From: Vermamoeba vermiformis
Lineage: Eukaryota
Direction of reading: 5' to 3'
Assembly: GCA_045837725.1 (NCBI GenBank)
Contig: JBEWZL010000077.1
Location: 248,001-312,000 of the forward strand
Length of the DNA stretch: 64,000 nucleotides
Of the stretch, positions 39,156-50,770 are shown in pieces (within the stretch, counting starts at the first letter, position 1; each line of letters begins with the position of its first letter). The notes beneath the pieces were generated by a model that saw only the letters and a list, made by a program, of their open reading frames with translations, was not told where the DNA came from and searched no databases. The position numbers were made by a program, and so were the translations under genes.

Positions 39156-39521
39156 GTGTCTTATTTCAACCCAAACTAAAGTTTCCAATAAACTCAGCTG
39201 GGCCAGTTGTCGAAATAAAATAGTAAATCTCATTAAAAGTAATGTTAGCCTTCGTATTAATGTTAATTACGGTCAAACGCCAGTCAAACCAAAAAGGTCG
39301 GTTGCGATCGCAATTAATGATTGCTAAATTTCATTACATTAATAGACACACTTGAAGATTTAGATAAAGAGAAATCTTTAATTTTTGGCAATGTTGTCGC
39401 GAACAGAAGCACCAAGGTTAGTTAGCAACGATAGTATTTACAATGCAAAATTAACTTTACCCTTAAATACATTTTTTACCAACGAGGCAATCACAAGGTT
39501 ATATAATTTTGTCTGCATCAT

Positions 39522-41364
39522 TTAATATTTTACAGTGTACTTGCCACATAAAATTCTGGAAACAACGCGAGCAGATTCGACGATTGTTGGTACGCCTGAG
39601 CCAGGGCAGGTATTGCCTCCTACGATATAAGTATTCTTAATCTCGAATTGATTAGGCGGGCGCATGAACGACATTTGTTCCATTGTGTGGGCCAACGAGA
39701 AAACAGCTCCGTAATGTACGTTATATTCTGATGACCAATCTTCCGGCGTGATAATCTTTTCATCTTCAATATGATTTCTAATTCCGACCAATCCTAATTG
39801 TTCTTCAATTATAGATAACACAGTCTCGCGGAACGGTTGCGTTAGTTTTTGCCACCCATCGCCATTTCGCATAATCTTCAAGTTCGGAGTTGGAACAAGT
39901 ACGTATAATCCAGTCTTATCAGCGGGACAAACAGTAGGGTCAGTAATGCCGGGGAAACAAACGTACATCGCTTTGTTGAGATCCGTCGGGTTAAAATCGC
40001 CAGTATGACAAACTTCAGTAGAATTCTTCTTGACTTCGTTTGGATAGAGTATGTTATGGTGGCAAGTAAGAGTGTCCCATCGCTTATTCAAGCAAAGGTA
40101 CATCATGAATGTGGAGCATGAAAATTCCATTGAGTTGAGCCGTGTGCGAGTCCATTTTTTCAAATGTGTCTCATCGATCAGCTTGTTTAAAGTATAGCCA
40201 AAGTCTGCATTCATGATGACCTCGTCAGCTTCAATCAAGTCTCCGTTCTCCAAGAAGACGCCATTTGCTGCACCGTTCTCTATTTGGATCCTACTGACCG
40301 ACGACGCAAGTTGAATTTTTCCGCCAAGTTCAGTGAAAACTTTTGCAACGCCGCGAAGAATTGAGCTCAGACCACCCTCTGCGTACCATACACCGTACTT
40401 GCGTTCAATATATGGAATCATCGAGTAGATGCCAGGACAAGAGTATGCGCTCATTCTGTTAAAGCTTAGATAAGAATTTTAAGCTTATTAACAACGATTT
40501 GCCTTACCCTAAGTACTTGCTATGAAAAGAAAAAGCTAATTGGCATTGCTCATCAGCGAAATAATTTGCAAAAACATCCACGAGACTTTTGCCGATAGGA
40601 ATGCTTGGTAACGATGCGAGCCAATCTAGTGAAATACAATCCAAAGCATTTCGGATAGGTCGTTCCAGTAGTCCATAGCAAGCTCGCATCTTCTTGTCCT
40701 CTCTTTCGTTGAATTTGTCTAATCCTTTTTCATCGCCCGGAAACACCGCGGCGATCTCTTGTTTCATCTTTTGATCGTCCGCATACAGCGTGATCTTCTT
40801 GCCATTAGCGAAGTGAACTCGATTGAAAGTCTCGAGTTTGATTAGCTTGGCGTAATCGTTCAAATTTCTTCCAGACTCAGCAAAAATTTCTTCGCAAACG
40901 TTCTGAATGGTTCGAATCAATTAAATAAGTTTACTTATTATTTCTCAGCTTACCTTTAACATCAAGAGCGTTGGTCCTACGTCGAACAGGCAAGAACCGA
41001 CTTGAATTTGTGCGTTTCTTCCACCAATATGATTGTTCTTTTCAAGAACAGTAACATCGAAACCGCGTGCTTGCAGCAACATGGCTGCACTCAGACCGCC
41101 CCATCCAGCGCCAATAACGATCACTTTCGGTCTTCTTTTTGTAATTGGCGTTTGAGGTATGGGCCTGTGTTGCAGGTCTAGCGGCTCGTATTTACTGACT
41201 CCTTCTCCGAAGCGCGGATAGTAGCGCTTTGGAACGCTCATCGTGTTCTGTCAAACGAACATTAACTGATGGAGTTATTATTGCAGGGCAGTGCGGATCG
41301 TTACCTTGATGAGCAATCCAATGAAAGCTGAGGCGCATGCAATCAATACCACACTTAGTATCAT
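39522..41364 (-). CDS. CrtI/CrtN-family FAD-dependent carotenoid desaturase, paralog 1, with N-terminal hydrophobic anchor
   Basis: VIVIGAGWGGLSAAMLL..VTVLEKN..GGR, FDVGPT, FSFHSKYLGMS, GVWYAEGG, SCSTFMMYL, YVLVPTPNL and YIVGGNTCPGSGVPTIVESAR. Exon 1 is MILSVVLIACASAFIGLLIK. Confidence 0.88.
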
Positions 41365-41574
41365 GACTTTTGTTGTCTTCTGGGTACTCAGGTATTCAAT
41401 TGAATTCTGTTTTATATTTGCCCGGCGGAAACGGTTTCCGCTGATTGCAATGCATTCAAAATGTCGGAGTCTTGTGTCCGCTAGATGGTTTCACAAAAGT
41501 ATTATTAGACACGATGTCGGCATCAAGTTCCGAAAAGATCAAGTGTATTGTTTATTGCAACACTGTTTGGCATC

Positions 41575-43466
41575 TTAGTACTTGTTGTCATACTTGCGGC
41601 AAATGTAATTAGTCACAATCCTTGCCGCATCGATGAGCGTTGGAATGCCAGCACCCTATTAGTACGGTTTAAACATTGTCAAGATTATTATTATGGATCA
41701 TACTTACTGGATGATTAGAAGATCCGACGAGCCACGTATTCTCAATTTCAAACTTATTCGGGGGTCGTAAAATTAAGATTTGCAACATTTTGTGTTCCAA
41801 CCCGAAAACAGCTCCGTACGGGATGTTGTAATCAGCCTCCCAATCAGCAGGTGATATGATCTTCTCTTGCGCTATCGAGTTCGAAAGATTATCAAGCTTG
41901 AGTCTCTTTTCTAACCGCGCCAATATGGTCTTCTTGAAGATCTGCTTGATCTGATGCCAATTGATGTTTGGATTGATTTTTCTATTCGGAACTGACACTA
42001 AGACATACATGGCTGTATTATTCTCGGTTTGGATCGATGGATCCGTTACTCCAGGGAAACAAACGTACATGCTGTGTTCTTCACTGAGCGGATCAAATTC
42101 GCCAGTTTCGCAAACTCTCTTCATACACGCTTCAAAATCGGTCGGAAAGACTATGTTGTTATGAGAAGTGATGCTTGGCCATTTTCTATTGAGGTTTAAG
42201 TAGATCATAAAAGTTGAGCACGAGTACGTCATCTTGTCCATGGTCTTCGGGCTCCATGTCTTCAACGGTTGATCGATTGCATTCTTAACTAGCCAAGCAA
42301 TATCGGGGTTCATAACAATGTCATCTGCTTCGATAATTTCACCACTTTCTAGCGTAACCCCTGTCGCGGCTCCATTTTTCGTGTTAATCTTTTGTACCGC
42401 AGATGAAAGTCTTAACGTTCCTCCGTATTCAGTGAATACCTTCGCCATGGCTTCTAATATACTGCTTAGTCCTCCTTTTGTGTACCAAATTCCATCGGCT
42501 CTTTCAAAGTACGGAATTGAGATGTACGCGCCGGGACAAGTCCATGGGCTTGCTCTGCATTATTATCAGTTTGATGCATCTCGTTATGGTATTTCTAAGA
42601 GCGCGGATTACCCTAGATATTTGCTATGAAAAGAGAATGCCCATCGCAAAGCAGGAGAGGGAAAGTAATCGCCAAGAACGTCAAAGAAGGATCTGCCCAA
42701 AGGAAGCCAAGGTATGGATCGCATGAGGTCGATGTTAATCAAATCAAGGAAGCTGGCATAGGGCCTTGCTAATGCCTTCATTAAATATTCTCCTCTCGTT
42801 TTTTCAATCTTCATCATGCGATCCAAGCCAGCTTCCTCGTTCGGAAACAATCGTCTAATTTCTTCTTTTTGCTTTCCGTGATTCGAAGTCAGTAGCATAT
42901 CTCGACCATCACCAAAATAGATTTTGAAAAACGGATCCAATCTTTTCAGTTCCACATAGTCGGCCAGTTTTCTCCCGGATTCACAAAAAGCTTCTTCTAA
43001 GACATACTTCATTACTAAAATAGTTGGACCAGAGTCTAGGCGGCAATTTCCGAGTGTAATTCTTCCTTGACGACCGCCAATCTGTTCGTCTTTTTCCACA
43101 ATGGTCACGTCAAATCCTCGTGATTGAAGTAACATGGCTGAAGTAAGTCCTCCCCAGCCAGCTCCTGTAAATTCGGACGATGTTAAATATATCTTGCATG
43201 AATTAACCTTCCTACCAATAACTACTATTTTAGGTTTTCTGCGGTTGCCGTTTGGATGTTGAACGAATGGAGTTTTTCTAGTTGACATATCCAAGGGCTT
43301 GAACTCGTCGAAATTATTCGAAAATGGAGGGTAGTAACTCTTTCGATGCTGTCTTTCATTCTGAAATGCCACTTATTAACCAGATCTAAACGATCGTACA
43401 AATCCATACCTTGACGAGTAGCAGAACAACGCCAGCGAGTAATGCGGTAAGTAGCAATAGAATCAT
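41575..43466 (-). CDS. CrtI/CrtN-family carotenoid desaturase, paralog 2, with N-terminal hydrophobic anchor
   Basis: IVVIG-AGWGGLTSAMLL, LDSGPT, FSFHSKYLG, SCSTFMIYL, YGAVFGLEH and HP-GAGIPTLIDAAR. Exon 1 is MILLLLTALLAGVLLLVK. Confidence 0.88.
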
Positions 43467-43636
43467 GTTGTGGTGTTTTTGTGAACTAATTGATCAAAAA
43501 GAGCCTGATTTACTCCTTTGAAGCTGATGCAATGGCTAGAAACTGGTGGCGGAAACTTTTCACGCCGACTCACAATTATTGAATTGGTTGCATTATTAGT
43601 AACATCAACACAACACAAAATCAACACGAATTGCAT

Positions 43637-45572
43637 ATGTTTATCACTTTACTAGTCGTGACTCTCGTAATTGCGCTAACATTCGTGACTTTAGTCGTGG
43701 TCAAGGTAAGTAGAACGAATTTGGTCATTGTTTCGCGTCACTATTAATACCGAATGTAGAATGAGCGATCAATGCCAAAGAAATACTACCCTCGATTTGG
43801 AATCGGGGTACAAGACTACAACCCTTTAGATCTATCCGGCAGACAGCAACCGAAAACGGCCGACAATAGGGCGCCTAATGTTATCGTCATTGGTAATTTA
43901 AACAAGACCAAGCGTTTCAAAATACTTACGTTATATATGCCTTTTAGGGGCTGGTTGGGGCGGTCTTGCGTGCGCAATGTCACTTCGGTCTCGCGGATTT
44001 GACGTTCTAATCGTCGAGAAAAATCCTGATATTGGGGGACGGAATACTCCCATTGAAGTTGGTTCATGCAAATTCGACGTTGGCCCGACGATGCTTCAGT
44101 TTAAAGTAAGCGGTGGAAAAATGAGTCTTGCTTGCTAACAAGTTTTAATAGCACATCGTCGAAGAGGTGTTCGCTGAGTCAGGAAATCGCCTTCAAGATC
44201 ACGTCAAGTTGACGAGACTAGACAACTACAACCGAATTTATTTCGACGATGGAATTGCGCTGGATTTGTACACGGACGATGAAGTCATGAAACAAGAATT
44301 AGATCGCGTATTTCCTGGAGCCTCGAAGGGACTGGAGAAGATGTACGAAAAAGAGAAGGAAAGAGGACCGTTATTTGTCTCGTTACTCGAGCGATCGTAC
44401 ACGAGCATTTTGGATTGCTTCACGTTGAATTGGTTCAGAGCTGTTACAAAGATTCCCCTTGGAAAGAGCTTGATGGACGTTCTCGGAGAATATTTCAGTG
44501 ATAAGCGATGTTGCTTAGCCTTTAGTATTCATAGCAAGTACCTCGGGTAAGTTCCGATCATTTCTGCGAGTAAATAACACTAATGTACTTGCAGAATGAG
44601 CCCGTGGAAATGTCCGGGACTTTACGTAGTAATTCCGTACTTTGAACGATTGACTGGTGTTTGGTACACTGAAGGTGGTCTTTATGCAATCGTCAACGCT
44701 ATGAGAAACATCTTTGTCAAAAATAACGGAAAAATCATGTTTTCAAGCACGGTCAAGTCCATTCACATCGAGAACGGAGCAGCTAAAGGAGTTATCTTGC
44801 AAGACGGAACTTTATTGCCTGCGGACGACGTTGTGATTAACGCTGATTTTGCATATGCTGCTCACAACCTCATCGGCGATAAGCACCTGAAGCGATGGAC
44901 GACGAAGAAAGTTGACTCTTGCGATTACTCTTGCTCCACGTTTATGATGTACATTTCACTGAACAAGAGATTTGATTCGCTCAAGTGCCACCACAACATC
45001 ATATTGGCCAAGGACGTGGTCAAGAATATGGATCAAATCTGCGTCTCTGGCGATCAAGACCCACGCGATGATAACAGATCAATTTATGTCTGCTTCCCTG
45101 GCTTGTCAGATCCAACCGTTTGTCCTGCCAACAAAACCGGGCTTTATGTCCTAGTACCAACTCCCAACTTGAAAATCGCCAAAGAATCGTCCGAGAAGGT
45201 GTACAGTCAGCTAAAAGAGACTATTTACTCAATGCTAGAAGACAGATTAGGCTTAGCTAACGTACGAGATTACGTTGAAGCAGAGAAAATCTTGACACCC
45301 GAGAACTTCGTCAACGATTTCAATGTGCATTATGGCGCTGTATTCGCTTTCGCTCACTCGATGTCTCAAGTCATGTTTAACAGACCACCCAATCAGTTTG
45401 AAATCAAAAACATGTTTCTCGTTGGAGGTGGCGCGCATCCGGTACGTCCGGCATTGTTCTCCGACTCAAACGTACTAATCCTGACTTTTAGGGCTCTGGC
45501 ATACCAAGCATTGTAGAATCAGCTCGCATCACTTCTCGTTTGCTTTGCAAAAAGTACAATATCGAGTATTAA
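43637..45572 (+). CDS. CrtI/CrtN-family carotenoid desaturase, paralog 3, with N-terminal hydrophobic anchor
   Basis: VIVIG-AGWGGLACAMSL, FDVGPT, HSKYLG-MSPWKCPG, SCSTFMMYI, YVLVPTPNL and VGGGAHP-GSGIPSIVESAR. Exon 1 is MFITLLVVTLVIALTFVTLVVVK. Confidence 0.88.
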
Positions 45573-45750
45573 GATGCACAAGATATTTATAACCCTCGTC
45601 GGAGATTCAATCCGAAGACAATTAAAAACAGTGTCTATTTTTACCCTCGTAACGAAATTTTAGCGATTGCTTTCGTGTCAACGTCTGAAGTTTGTCGGAA
45701 TCACCACCCGACCCAATTTAATTCATTGAAAGTTTGTTTGGCACGACTCA

Positions 45751-47958
45751 ATGCCAATAATGATGATAATCGATTATCTTTTGGAAATAGGTCTCTTTCT
45801 TTTGGACTTTTTGAACTTAATTAACAATCTGTTGCGGCGTAGAAAGACAAAATCCGAAGGTCAGGATCCCTAGACGAAGTGTTTAAACGAGAACCCAATT
45901 AACTGTTAATCTAACTCCAAAGGATCAACGCACTTGACAGGAAATTTTTTGCCTATTCACGATGAAATAGAAGTAGACTCATTCCATATTGAAGGAAAGA
46001 TTCCAACCGATTTAAACGGAACCTACATCCGCAACGGACCAAATCCACTCTACATACCTAAACACTACCATTGGGTACCCTTAATATACAATGCCAATCA
46101 TTCTTACTAACGAATATCTATCGTAGTTTGACGGCGACGGTATGATACACGCGATGACGTAAGACTCAATTGATGCGCGATGTGAAACTCGAATAGACTC
46201 TTACTGCCATATGTTATAGGATCCAGAACGGTCACGTCACCTATAAGAATCGATACATTCAAACGGCCAAGTTGTGCCGCGAAAAGAAGGACCAATTCTG
46301 CGTCAGTTTTCAGAGACCAATTAAACTCTTAGTAACCTTCCTTATATAGTATGAGCAATCTGTTGTTACTCGGGGCACTAAGACATGACCCCTATAGCGC
46401 ATACAAAGTGATTGCGGCGATGTTCAAGTGGGGCTTGCGGGTTCCAATGGACCAGTACAACAATGCAAACACTTCATTCGTCTATCACAACAACACTTTG
46501 TTAGTGCTGTCTGAAGTCGCCAAGCCTATAGAGGTTGGTACTATACATTAGGGTCCACGCTTCCTCAATCTCATTTGTTCCTTGTAGTTGAAATTTCCTT
46601 CTTTGGAAACCATCGGAATGTACGATTTCAACAAAAAGCTTCGCAGGAATATGACTGGTAAGGTATTGTTTGCGGTTGGTGATAAATTGACCCGCTATTT
46701 TAGCTCACCCGAAGATCGACCCCGCGACAGGGGAATTAATTTTCTTTGGCTATCCACCAACACCAGTTGACGGAAGAAAAGTGCATTATCACGTGGCAGA
46801 TAAGTGAGTTACAAGCCTTGAACTTGACAGAGATGTTAAACAGACTCAACTACAGAAATCTCAATATCACTCACTCGCTGCAAGTTCCTGTGTCGGGCAA
46901 TGAACTGATCCATGATTTCGCGATTACGGTGCGTAGCGTACTTTCCTGTTTGGTATCAAAGGAATTAACCAGGATCACGTATAGCCCAATTATACTCTCT
47001 TGCCGGATCTGCCACTCAGATTGGATCTGATCCAATGGATGCGTGGGCGAGGTGGCTATAAGTTTGACAAGAGAGGTCGCTCTCGCATAGGTACACTTTG
47101 AAAGACTAGTCTATTGTTGAAATTCTCTAATCGAGATCAGGAATATTTCCGCGCTATGCCAAATCAAGCAATGAAGTTGTGTGGTTTGAGACGCCTCTCT
47201 GCTTTTTTTTCCACGTCATCAATGCTTGGGAAGAAGAAGATCAAGTCGTACTCATTGCATTGAGGTATTTAGTCCGATGAAACCGCATGTTGTAGTAATT
47301 GTTTTGTAGGCAAAAACAGACGCTTGCTTTCGGTCTCGTTCCAGATGACCCCACCGTGCGCGGTACGTCACTTTACTAAGGTCAGCGAAATGTAATGCGA
47401 TCATTTGTAGAGCATGCCACGCTGTACGAATGGCGATTTGATATGACGAAAAGAATTATCGTGAGTGAGACACCTATCCAGAGCGGATTTTGCGTGGAAT
47501 TTCCGTCGGTGAACGAGAAGTACTGGACGAAGAAAAATAGATTTGCGTACCTCGGTCTGTTCGATGACAACAAAAACATTGACGGCAGAACCTACGGAGG
47601 TAAATTACTGCAGATATTCTCTTCGTAACTAAGAATGGTGCAATCATAGTGTTAAAAGTGGATCTGCAAAACAAGGTCAACAACCAACCTTACGTGTTGC
47701 CCAAAGGACATTTCTGCGGCGAGTTTTTGTTTGTCGCCAGTGACAACTCGCAAGAGGAAGATGATGGTTATTTAAGTAAGTGAATTATACTGTTTTTAAT
47801 TATTCAGATCTAATCGATTTTCAGTGGCGTTCGCTCACGATGAAGGAGAGAACATATCGTATTTCTTAATCCTTGATGCACAGTCAATGAGATTTCAAGC
47901 CCGGATCGACATTCCTAGACGAGTGCCTTACGGCTTTCACGCAAAGTGGATCAAATAA
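45751..47958 (+). CDS. Carotenoid cleavage dioxygenase (CCD/RPE65 family), highly intron-fragmented
   Basis: Spliced motifs [80 protein letters not shown] and [10 protein letters not shown]. All four Fe-ligand His motifs are present. Confidence 0.9.
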
Positions 47959-48069
47959 TTAATTTATAGTACGATAAACTGTTTTCATATCATGCGGATT
48001 CGAAAGCCTGTGCTGTGCTTTTCTTTAGCTAGGTCTCGGTACGGACCATTCATCTTGTGCACAGATTAC

Positions 48070-48102
48070 GTTAGCAGTAAAGGCTTAAAATAGATTTATA
48101 AA
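48070..48102 (+). repeat. Right copy of 33-bp direct repeat bounding the island
   Basis: GTTAGCAGTAAAGGCTTAAAATAGATTTATAAA. Confidence 0.9.
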
Positions 48103-48145
48103 CAACGGGTATGAACAGTTCAATAAATAAAAGAATCAACGACAA

Positions 48146-49574
48146 TTAGTGTTTGTTGTAGGCAGACCACTCAATCGCGTTGTTGAGGATGGAGAAATCG
48201 CCAAACACGACTGCAGATCCGCTTGCCGAGGGAGCAGCAGGGGTGGTGGAGTTGCCCTTATGACCTCCCGGGCCCACAGTGAAGTAGAGAATGATCGTGA
48301 GCACTGCACCCAGCAAGGCCACGCACAGCACGATAATAGCAATCATGCACTGTGAGAGTATTAGTAGTGCAGTAGTGTCACATCCAAGGACGTACCTTTC
48401 TGCCACGTTTCGCCAGCTTGTTCGCCTTTTTGAGCTGTCCAGTAGCCTCTTTCATATAGCCAGTAGCATTCTCGATGTTGACTTCAATCGAAGTGATCAT
48501 CTCGCTCTGTTCGGCCACGAGTACGGCCATGTCAATGAACAGCTGTTGCAATTGATTCAAACTCTGCTCGATCTTCATGATTTCTTGGTGACGATCCTAG
48601 AGAGACCGATGTGTTAATAGTGAGCTTGTTAACGCATGTTCTATATACGTACACGAATGTATGACAAGGCAGTCTCGGCAGCCTTTTGTTTGTCCACCGT
48701 CTTGTCAGCGAAGATGCGGTCAGCATTGCCACTCTCAATGGTGTCGTTGATCTCATCTTCGGTGGCATCAGGACGCACTGTATAATTGAGGTTTGAGTGC
48801 CAAGCTGATAATACTGTGTAGTTAAAACAGTCACGTACCGACCAAGATCTGACGTCTGACATTGTCTTGGTACTGTTGTTTGTACTTGGCCTGCACTCCT
48901 TGATAGTGCTGCATAATTTCCACGAATTGTTGCACCAGACTCGCGTGCGTGTTCTTCTTAATCCGCTCTTCTGCAGCCTGGGCTTGCATCTGCTTCACCG
49001 AGGCTGTGTATGCATGTAATTAACATTTGTATCGCATATGTATACGCTATTCAAATACCTGTAGTGTCTGTCTTCACCATTGCCTCCAGTTTTTCCTTAA
49101 CTTCGTTCGCGATCTTGTTAGTGTCATCGACGATCTGGTCTGCTTCATTTCCAAGCTCTGTAAAGGTAATAAACTCATTAAAAAAAGATCATAAACAGTG
49201 GCTCAGAATTTCAATGAAAGCAATTAAATTCCCGATCTGTTCGGACAAACCGCAGTGTTAATAAATACAATTTGAAGCACTCACTCTTCTTGTCCTTAGG
49301 GTTAATTTTCTGTAATTGTTCCGTATATTTTTCTTCCAATAATTCGATGTTATTCTGAATCTTTTTCATTGAGATGCGGACGTCATTGACACCAGAAAAG
49401 AAGTCAGACATAAATTCATTGCCATCAGCTGCCATCTCTTCATCTTGACTATGGTCATCACTACCTAAGTGAGGATTGGTCTAAATATTATTAATAAGCG
49501 GATCAGGACCACGTTAAATAGTTGCAATAATTTACCTCGGCAAACTTATTTAAATCTCGTAATCTATCTAACAT
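48146..49574 (-). CDS. Plasma-membrane-type syntaxin (Qa-SNARE, syntaxin-1 family)
   Basis: N-peptide MLDRLRDL, FMSDFF, Habc helices, SNARE motif IEQSLNQLQQLFIDMAVLVAEQSEMITSIE and a C-terminal TM segment. Confidence 0.92.
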
Positions 49575-49747
49575 GATGATGGTGACAATAATAAATAGTG
49601 TGATATATAATACAAGTGTGTATGTTCTATTGACAAGCGTAACGGACACTGGTTTGTTGCGCGAATTTCTGAACGGGCTGTTTTTTTCACGACAAACCGC
49701 GAACACTACACTGCAACATTATATTACATTTATAGTAATTATTAGCG

Positions 49748-50713
49748 ATGAGATTCAAATTCTGCGGTGATTTAGATGCTCCTGACTGGCTGCTCAAAGA
49801 AATATCAACTCTTTCAAAGATTGTAAGTCAGATGCTTTGGAGAATCGCCGACACAAATTTAAAAATTAGCACAATTTGCTTGGATGACAATTATTATGAA
49901 ATTTAATGCCGAGCTGTAGTTACAAATTAAAAGTCAGATCTGACTTTTCAATAGAAATTGACTAACCCGTTATTTGTTGCAGTCTGGTATTAAAATCCGC
50001 TTATTATGTAACGAAATTATCAAGCACTTACAAGGAAGTGAGATCGAGGTACGTAGCATTTTAATTGAATAATATCTTTAATACGGATCCCATCCAGTAC
50101 GAAAACATCTATAAACACACAGCGGGCGCTAATTTAGGTACGTAACAAATCATGCAAATACCATGTAGCTCAATCTCGCTTCAGAGGACTCGGATGTGAA
50201 GGCAGTGGTAGCATCGCTCAATTTTATCATCTTCAACTCAGCCAAGTACAATGTGAACGGCGACACAGTGGCCAAAGAGTTGCAGCAGTTAGGTCTGCCC
50301 AAAGAGCACTCTGAAGCGGTCTCGAAAGTCTATCTCAGCAAGAAGGACGTGCTCCGCGATGTGTTGCGCGGTCAAACGCTCAAGTGTAAGTCACGTGATT
50401 CGCGTGTCAGTACCCTCTGACCACACTATCTGACCACTCGTTTAGTGGGTCAGCTCGTCACATTAGAATGGCGCGTGGACTATTTGATCAGCTCGAGTTC
50501 ACTCTCAGATCTCAATGTCCCCACCGTGCAGTTGCAAGTCACCACCGCGCAAGATAAGGCACGTGATCAACTCGCCTTTGAAGTCAGTGCGGACAAGTTG
50601 CGTGTGCTGCTGAGTGGTAAGTGTTGTGTGGTTGCTGAGGGATTCAATTTGACACGTGTCATACAGAGCTGCAGACGGCCAAAGCGATGATGGACAAGCT
50701 CGAAGGCGTGTAA
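49748..50713 (+). CDS. COMMD4: COMM domain-containing protein 4
   Basis: N-terminus [36 protein letters not shown] and COMM domain [12 protein letters not shown]. Confidence 0.92.
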
Positions 50714-50770
50714 TGACATTAGTGAGGACACTGGCCAATGTAAATATCGATTGCAAGAGGTGTGTTTTTA

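Noticed and set aside
39522-47958. Bacterial contamination or chimeric assembly as the source of the crt-like genes
   Set aside because: All four genes have multiple spliceosomal GT-AG introns that restore conserved motifs. A eukaryote-eukaryote misjoin cannot be excluded without reads.
45751-47958. CCD as a pseudogene because the ORF track shows only fragments
   Set aside because: The fragments are short exons; the junctions I checked keep frame and all four His motifs are present.
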